Positions 46,879 to 52,895 of a DNA stretch of 52,895 nt are shown piece by piece (positions within the stretch are counted from its first letter, which is position 1; every line of letters begins with the position of its first letter). Under the pieces are notes generated by a model. That model searched no databases. It was not told the DNA's origin and saw only the letters and a list, made by a program, of their open reading frames with translations. This DNA comes from Acholeplasmataceae bacterium UBA6190 (lineage in GTDB: Bacteria; Bacillota_I; Bacilli_A; Acholeplasmatales; Acholeplasmataceae). Position numbers and translations under genes: made by a program. The stretch covers positions 4,890 to 57,784 of the forward strand of contig DITG01000051.1 of the NCBI GenBank assembly GCA_002422045.1, in the 5' to 3' direction.

Positions 46879-48177
46879 ATGCCTGACATCATCGATAACA
46901 TAAAAGTAGGGGAATACATCAAAAAACTCTTGAAATCAAAAAACATGACTCAAGATGATCTCGCTGAAGCATTATGCATATCCAAATCAGCGGTTTCACA
47001 AAATCTTCGAGGCAAAAGCACATTTGATATTCAAAATCTCATTCAGATTGCAAAACTCTTTGAAATCACTTTAGATGATCTTCTAAACTTAAAGTCTGAA
47101 GAAACAGCTGAAGTGATCTCTGAATATCAAAAAGTGGTCAATCAAGGATTACCTGCAATCCAAAAAGTACCCGCAGAAGATTTACGCATGTATGAACCTG
47201 ACATGTATGGCAAAGTACTCGTTGACTATATCGTAGAATCTAGAAAACTCGATATGCTTACTTATTTGATTGATGAAGAAGTGCTCCTTGTTGAAGATTA
47301 TTATCACCGCGCCAAACAAATCTACTTAAAAGTCATTAAGTATCTTTTAGAAGAAAAACAGTATAACTTTGGTGATTTCATCATGAAATACACTGAATTG
47401 AATGGTTCCTTCCATATTGACGATGAAACCACAGGTTTGATCATCTGGGGACTTCTCAATCAAGTACACTATCAAGATTTCATGGCTGAACTCATTAAGT
47501 ACAAACCTTCATTAAAAGCAAGATGGTTCTCCAAAGGGGATGAGAAAGAAAGGCTTCCGCTCACCAGAGTGGATTACATTGAAGTCATTGGGAAGTATCA
47601 GTTATCCAACATTCTCCAAACCCTCATGAAAGTGCAACCCAGAGATGATGACTTCGCATTTATCACACTCAAGTTCATTGAACATGGCTATTTCGAAGGA
47701 ATCACCCTTTATGTCAATCACTTCTTTAAAACCATACCTTCAGCATTTAAAAGAACAAGCCTTGACTGCCAGAAGGCATTCATGGCAGTCTTAAAGACCA
47801 ATCAGTTTGATTTGATATCGCTGTTTGCTGCTAAAGGTCTTTATGTCGATATGACACAGATTGTGAGACAATCCATCAAAGATCACCAGGAACAAGTCTA
47901 TTCACATCTGATTGCACAACACCACGCTGAAATCATCTTTAAAAAGATTGGTGAGACATGTGTTGAAGTTTCTAATCTTGAACTGCTAGATCAGATCTTA
48001 CAGTATCTCTCTAAGGATGATCTCAATTATCTTGTGAGTTGGGTCAAGTTAGATCAGATAGAGACTCTTGAATTCTTGCTCCTGCGTGGAGCTAGAATTG
48101 ATGAGAAGTACTACAATCTTGAGACGTTTAAGAAAGTGAACAAACTTCTTGATCATCTCTTGAAGAAGGGAGAATAG
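46879..48177 (+). CDS. XRE HTH regulator with C-terminal ankyrin-like helical repeats
   Basis: MTQDDLAEAL.ISKSAVSQ; DMYGKVLVDYIVE...DMLTYLIDE; LEFLLLRGARID. Confidence 0.75.
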   Translation: MPDIIDNIKVGEYIKKLLKSKNMTQDDLAEALCISKSAVSQNLRGKSTFDIQNLIQIAKLFEITLDDLLNLKSEETAEVISEYQKVVNQGLPAIQKVPAEDLRMYEPDMYGKVLVDYIVESRKLDMLTYLIDEEVLLVEDYYHRAKQIYLKVIKYLLEEKQYNFGDFIMKYTELNGSFHIDDETTGLIIWGLLNQVHYQDFMAELIKYKPSLKARWFSKGDEKERLPLTRVDYIEVIGKYQLSNILQTLMKVQPRDDDFAFITLKFIEHGYFEGITLYVNHFFKTIPSAFKRTSLDCQKAFMAVLKTNQFDLISLFAAKGLYVDMTQIVRQSIKDHQEQVYSHLIAQHHAEIIFKKIGETCVEVSNLELLDQILQYLSKDDLNYLVSWVKLDQIETLEFLLLRGARIDEKYYNLETFKKVNKLLDHLLKKGE

Positions 48178-48179
48178 CC

Positions 48180-48848
48180 ATGACATTCATTAGAGAATAT
48201 TTTGAAATTATTGTGATTGTATTATTCATTCTATCATTTGTATTGTTGGCGCTCATTCTATCGATGAATAAGTATTTTGCCATGTATTTCTCAAACAAGA
48301 GATTTAAGATCATTTCATCTTATGAAGTGAATGCCAATGATGGCAATAAGTATTTCTCGATTGCCATCTATAACAATAATATCAATGAAGTGAGACTGGC
48401 AGGGTTTGGGTATGTGTATAAGGATCAGAATATTGATTTCTATTCGAATTATTTGCTTGATCATCATCTTCCAAGTGATCACAAGATTGTGATTCATTCC
48501 AGAGATTATTTAACCACCAGAATCAATGTCAATCAGTTAAAGACGATTATCTCGGATATCAATAAAGGAACTCTCGATGTGAAGGGGATGAAGACGTTTG
48601 TAACAGACTCTTTAGGACTGTCAACGACTGCAAAAGCAAAACAAGTCCAAGATCAGTTAGTGATGATGTTAAGAATCGATCAAGCGATGCTGAGAGAAAA
48701 ACAAAGAGAACAGATGAGAAAACATCGAGAAGAACAGAGACTATTCAAACAGAAGCAAAAGATTGAAAGAAACATCAAGATTAAAGAGAAAACAAGTGGT
48801 ATATTATTGAAGATTAAAGGGTTCTTCAATTTTAGGAGATCGAAATAG
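48180..48848 (+). CDS. Hypothetical protein with N-terminal TM and C-terminal basic coiled coil
   Basis: RBS GGGAG; 2 bp after the XRE gene. Confidence 0.7.
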   Translation: MTFIREYFEIIVIVLFILSFVLLALILSMNKYFAMYFSNKRFKIISSYEVNANDGNKYFSIAIYNNNINEVRLAGFGYVYKDQNIDFYSNYLLDHHLPSDHKIVIHSRDYLTTRINVNQLKTIISDINKGTLDVKGMKTFVTDSLGLSTTAKAKQVQDQLVMMLRIDQAMLREKQREQMRKHREEQRLFKQKQKIERNIKIKEKTSGILLKIKGFFNFRRSK

Positions 48849-48854
48849 AGTCAT

Positions 48855-49370
48855 ATGGCCAAAAGAGATTATCAAAATGAATTTTTATCAATAGAACTTA
48901 AAGAAAAGGCATTTTTAGATTTTACTGGATTGTCAGTGATTAAAAATAGGGAACTCTTCAAGCAAGCGATGACTTGTGTTGATTTTGCACAAAAATATGA
49001 GGATATTACAAAAAAGATAGTTTTGAATAATAAATCAATTGCAATCATTGGTGATGCAGTCCTCACACTTGCATTAACATTAATTGCCTTTGAAAATGAC
49101 AAAGCAATTAAGCCTGAGAAAGTAGCAATCTTTAATCAACCCAAAGAAAAGAATGAATACTTAGGCATAATTGGTAAGGAGCAAAACATCATTAATATGA
49201 TATTTGCATCAAATGAAGATTACGTTGTCGGTGGGATAGCGACAGCTTATGAAGCCATTATAGCCTTTGTCTTTATGGAATATGGGATAAAAGCAGTTCA
49301 AAAATTTGTTGAAAAAAATATTCTGAATTATGAATATCTTACAGAGATTAATGAACCGATTCGTTGTTAA
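48855..49370 (+). CDS. Stand-alone RNase III domain protein (Mini-III-like, no dsRBD)
   Basis: NKSIAIIGDAVLTL and ATAYEAIIAFVF match the RNase III/Mini-III signatures. Confidence 0.7.
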   Translation: MAKRDYQNEFLSIELKEKAFLDFTGLSVIKNRELFKQAMTCVDFAQKYEDITKKIVLNNKSIAIIGDAVLTLALTLIAFENDKAIKPEKVAIFNQPKEKNEYLGIIGKEQNIINMIFASNEDYVVGGIATAYEAIIAFVFMEYGIKAVQKFVEKNILNYEYLTEINEPIRC

Positions 49371-49383
49371 GAACGAATCGGTT
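49354..49383. terminator. Hairpin overlapping the Mini-III-like stop codon
   Basis: AACCGATTCGTT-gttaag-AACGAATCGGTT. Confidence 0.65.
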
Positions 49384-49400
49384 TCTATTTATTGTGATAA

Positions 49401-49415
49401 TCAACCTGTGGTTGA
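49401..49415. promoter_or_regulatory. Palindromic operator candidate upstream of an XRE gene
   Basis: Perfect TCAACC-tgt-GGTTGA. Confidence 0.65.
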
Positions 49416-49477
49416 GTATGTTCAACGATGAATAATGAACAACTTTAAATTGTATTGATGTAAAATACAGTCAAAGG

Positions 49478-50911
49478 ATGGTGACAAGAATGATTAATAC
49501 AGCACAAGAGATAGGAAAAATGATTAAAGAGTATCGAACTAAAAAAGGTATGCAGCAATCAGAGTTGGCGATGAAACTGAACATAACCGCTCAAGCCGTA
49601 TCCAAATGGGAAAATGGAGACAGTTATCCCGATATTAAACTGATTGGGGAGATTGCTGATCTATTTGAATTAACCATTGATGAGTTGATTACTGTTCCGA
49701 AGAATCAAATCAATAAGAAAAACGAGTATCGGATTTATGAAGTGATCGAAAATGAAAAGTGTGTAATTGAAGTGCTTGATGTTTCCATTCATCAAGATTA
49801 TGAAATTACGGTATCAATAACCAATAAAACAAACGGTGAAATCACTATTTCCCATTCAAATTTCGTGTTTCTTAATGAACAAGGGAAGCTCATTGAGCCC
49901 AAAAAGAACACGATCTATAACATAGATGATAATCCTATAGGAGCTAATCTCCTTCATCAAATACCATCATTTATACCAGCGAAGAAAAAGACTAATATTT
50001 TATTAATCTATTCAGGAATTACCGATGGAGCATTTCTTTGGATCAATATTCCACAAGTCATTACCAATGTCTCATTTGTACTTTTATCGAAATCATTAAG
50101 AAACCATCAAAATCATACAGCAATAGAACGCTTTTCTAGAAACGAATTGATTGATTTCTATAATTTCAACTACAAAAAGGGCGAAATTCCTAGGATGACT
50201 TCAGACTTCCCTAAAATTTCATTAGATATGATGAAATCAATGATATTTTGTATTAATTCAGACTTTATAATGAAATATCAACATATCTTTGATTCAATGG
50301 TATTAGCTCATATTGCATCCAATGAGCCATTCTTAGGGTTTAATTTTGTTATTCAACACATCACAGATGTATCACTAATAAGAGATTTGATTAAAAAGAA
50401 TTGGAGTATCATTGAAGATGATTGTGCAAATCTTAATTGTCGAATCATTAAATATGAAGAAGCACAACCCTTTATGGATGACGAAATCATTGAAAAAGTC
50501 ATAAAACTTCGTATTCGATTAGCGAAAGATTACAGAAAATGGATGCTTAGATATATTAATGATGATAATATCGAAAGCTATAGATCTGAAATATGCATGT
50601 TAAGTTTTTCAAGAAACGCTGATTTGTTTGAATCAAATCTAAAAATAGAGTCTGTAAATCAAATTATATGTGATAGTGACCTATCCGCGTTATCTGAACA
50701 AGCAATACTCAAGCTGATGAGATATTATAGAGAAAAGGTCAGTCAATCAACGATAGATTATTTATTTACCAATTTGCCAGATGTTGATCTTGCATTACTT
50801 GGAAGACTAAAGGATGTAATGTCCTTTGATATGTGGAAAGTAATCAAGGAAAGATACTTCATCAATGAACAAATAAAACTTGATGAAACCAAGAATAAAT
50901 TAAAGAAGTAA
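49478..50911 (+). CDS. XRE HTH regulator with large soluble C-terminal region
   Basis: QSELA..LNITAQAVSKWENG.SYPDI, then an Ig-like segment (VSITNKT...F.FLNEQG). True start may be ATG 49490. Confidence 0.8.
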   Translation: MVTRMINTAQEIGKMIKEYRTKKGMQQSELAMKLNITAQAVSKWENGDSYPDIKLIGEIADLFELTIDELITVPKNQINKKNEYRIYEVIENEKCVIEVLDVSIHQDYEITVSITNKTNGEITISHSNFVFLNEQGKLIEPKKNTIYNIDDNPIGANLLHQIPSFIPAKKKTNILLIYSGITDGAFLWINIPQVITNVSFVLLSKSLRNHQNHTAIERFSRNELIDFYNFNYKKGEIPRMTSDFPKISLDMMKSMIFCINSDFIMKYQHIFDSMVLAHIASNEPFLGFNFVIQHITDVSLIRDLIKKNWSIIEDDCANLNCRIIKYEEAQPFMDDEIIEKVIKLRIRLAKDYRKWMLRYINDDNIESYRSEICMLSFSRNADLFESNLKIESVNQIICDSDLSALSEQAILKLMRYYREKVSQSTIDYLFTNLPDVDLALLGRLKDVMSFDMWKVIKERYFINEQIKLDETKNKLKK

Positions 50912-50944
50912 TTATTTACACCATTAACAAAAACTGATTAAAAG

Positions 50945-50986
50945 AACGACATAGTCCATAGTTATTGCGGATCTGTGTCGTTTTTT
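50945..50986 (+). terminator. Intrinsic terminator
   Basis: AACGACATAG...CTGTGTCGTTTTTT. Confidence 0.6.
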
Positions 50987-51066
50987 GTTAAATAATTGCT
51001 ATTTGTGACAATTTTGCTCTATAAAAGACTGGTTTTATCGTCTATTATGGAAAATGAGGTGATATA

Positions 51067-52617
51067 TTGATGAGCAAGTCAAATGTAAGTATTTATTTAT
51101 TAAACGGGCAACACAATCATGATGAATATGTTCGAAACCACCAACACTTGGATTATAAAGATGGATATACTGTTGCATATAAGAGTTATTCTGAGAAAGT
51201 GCCTAATGACATTGATCTATTTGTAACTGACACTGAACTTAAAAATAGACTAAAAACGAAAGGAACGAGTCTATGTATCATCAAAACGGTGAACGTTGAA
51301 AATGAAAGTGTTACTTTTGGTATCACATTTGGATTTGGTCATCATTTACTCGTTCAAGATTATATTGTGCCTAATTTTGGAATCATATCCCTGATGAATA
51401 TGGCAGATAAAGATCAAATACGTCAAATTCATCGAAGAAGCATGTCAAAAAAATCGAAAATATCACAAGAGCAAATGCCAAGTAAGAGTAATCTTTCTGA
51501 TTTTGGATTTAATGTCTATACCGATATATTGAATGGAGCATCAGCAAACATCAATAGTGTATATCTTTCTGGAAACGTGCAAGGTAAAGAAGCACTTAAG
51601 GGTTCAATAGAGCAAAATATTGATAATGTAGATGATTACTTAATATTTGCATACAAGGAATTCAAGAAAGAGAACTACAAAATAAAGTTCCCATTCTTCG
51701 ATAACATAAAACCCGTTAAGAAACAATCAATCATAGCCCCCCTAGACCAGCAAATAGTTCAAAAACTAAATGATCACAATAATGAAGACCTCATTTTAGC
51801 ATTTCCGATCATTGTTGACTGGTCTGATATTGATTTTGTAAGTTATCCATATCAACAAAGAAATTCTACCAATCGATTTAGAGATATTGAAATCAATGAC
51901 TTTTTTGAGAATGCGAATTATACCGACGCAAAAAAACTATTGAATCAAAACTTCATGATTCATTATATTGATGAAAACAAGAATCAAGCTATTAATTTTA
52001 AAAAATGCTTATTAGCAGAATTAAGTCTTGGTGATGATAGATATTGCTTGGTTGATGGTCATTACTATCAAATCACTAGTTCGTTAATTCGTGAGGCAAA
52101 AGATTATTATAATTCAATTCCCGTTGATGATTTACATTTTAGCGATTGTCATCAAAAGGAAGGAGATTATATACAAACAATTCATCAGAGTCATGGCATA
52201 TTCTTAGATCGGAAGATTGTTAGAGATGATTACAATACTGAAATATGTGACATCTTAACGAGTGATAAAAAGTTTGTACATATTAAAAAATACAGTGGAG
52301 TTGCTCCAATGAGTCACCTATTCTTTCAAGCGTTAAATTCTTCTCAGTTTTTCAAACAAGATCGTATATTTTTTAATAAAATGAATCAGATCATTGATCG
52401 AGCTTGTCAAGAACAGGGGAAAGAAGGTAGTGATTTCATCCTTCCTCAAGACTTTAATAGCAATGATTATGAGATTGTACTTTGTGTACTAAATAAAGAA
52501 GGTTTACTCAGACCCAATTTATCATTATTTACACTATTAAGTTTGAGAGAAACAGCTCAATCTATGTTAAATATGGGGTTCAAAGTGGCAATCTATGGTG
52601 TAAAAGATCTTTATTAA
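51067..52617 (+). CDS. TIGR04141/DUF6119-family sporadically distributed protein
   Basis: TFGFGHHLL....V.NFG, FPFFDNI, L.DG.YY, EICDILT..KFVHIK, SHLF.QA..S and LSLFT..SL. Confidence 0.75.
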   Translation: MMSKSNVSIYLLNGQHNHDEYVRNHQHLDYKDGYTVAYKSYSEKVPNDIDLFVTDTELKNRLKTKGTSLCIIKTVNVENESVTFGITFGFGHHLLVQDYIVPNFGIISLMNMADKDQIRQIHRRSMSKKSKISQEQMPSKSNLSDFGFNVYTDILNGASANINSVYLSGNVQGKEALKGSIEQNIDNVDDYLIFAYKEFKKENYKIKFPFFDNIKPVKKQSIIAPLDQQIVQKLNDHNNEDLILAFPIIVDWSDIDFVSYPYQQRNSTNRFRDIEINDFFENANYTDAKKLLNQNFMIHYIDENKNQAINFKKCLLAELSLGDDRYCLVDGHYYQITSSLIREAKDYYNSIPVDDLHFSDCHQKEGDYIQTIHQSHGIFLDRKIVRDDYNTEICDILTSDKKFVHIKKYSGVAPMSHLFFQALNSSQFFKQDRIFFNKMNQIIDRACQEQGKEGSDFILPQDFNSNDYEIVLCVLNKEGLLRPNLSLFTLLSLRETAQSMLNMGFKVAIYGVKDLY

Positions 52618-52649
52618 GATTAATGATAAATGAGAAAGGAGGTAAAAAC

Positions 52650-52895
52650 ATGACAATTGATCGAAACACAGCAATGAAATTATGGAATGATGTATTTGGA
52701 AGTAAGTTATGGGCAAATGACTGTTTTGGTTCGTATATCTATAGAGATGATTATGGCGACTATGAAACAAAAAGAATACGTCCATCTGGTTCAGGAAAAC
52801 CATATAATTATGGTTGGGATATTGATCACATTAGACCCAAAAGCGACTATGTAAATCAAAATGATGCTGATTTTTGGAACAATTTTGAACCTATG
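52650..52895 (+). CDS. HNH endonuclease-like protein, truncated at window end
   Basis: Not in the ORF track. RBS AAGGAGGT; translation MTIDRNTAMKLW...DCFG...YGWDIDHIRPKS...NFEPM runs off the end. Confidence 0.8.
   Translation, partial: MTIDRNTAMKLWNDVFGSKLWANDCFGSYIYRDDYGDYETKRIRPSGSGKPYNYGWDIDHIRPKSDYVNQNDADFWNNFEPM

Noticed and set aside
637..52803. Many 60-140 aa ORFs nested in or antisense to long genes (e.g. 637-903, 1514-1837, 14842-15195, 22616-23047, 52567-52803)
   Set aside because: They overlap well-supported CDSs and show no recognisable motifs.
1..52895. tRNA, rRNA, CRISPR array, prophage or intact transposase
   Set aside because: None recognised by eye; intergenic spaces are short and mostly explained by promoters and terminators. 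A covariance-model scan would be needed to exclude small RNAs.

Overview
52.9 kb of a low-GC bacterial chromosome using the standard code (TGA used as stop, TGG for Trp). Gene content suggests a free-living Mollicutes/Bacilli lineage such as Acholeplasmatales or Izemoplasmatales; this is inference from InlB-B/BspA lipoproteins, a GLUG protein and XRE fusions. Left end (0.4-11.8 kb): a heliorhodopsin with a co-oriented PfpI/DJ-1 gene, divergent from a retinol-dehydrogenase-like SDR. Nearby are a SOUL heme-binding protein, an operon of NTF2-like + SDR + two CrtI/RetSat-like FAD oxidoreductases, and a divergent esterase, together a candidate retinoid/photo-oxidative stress locus. Middle: CoA-disulfide reductase-rhodanese; phnDCEE divergent from a cytoplasmic nucleotidase across a Pho-box-like repeat; DUF2207-LemA; and a six-gene TerY-P (vWA-PP2C-kinase) operon whose kinase is an unusual membrane-anchored tandem kinase-pseudokinase. 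Then lipid-related genes, a non-dcw RsmH paralogue, a diguanylate cyclase and surface lipoproteins. Right end: three XRE fusion regulators with candidate palindromic operators, an IS3-like end remnant, a Mini-III-like nuclease, a TIGR04141/DUF6119 protein and a truncated HNH nuclease (probable mobile/defence patch). I saw no rRNA, tRNA or CRISPR array. All family calls come from motif recognition by eye; no searches were run.
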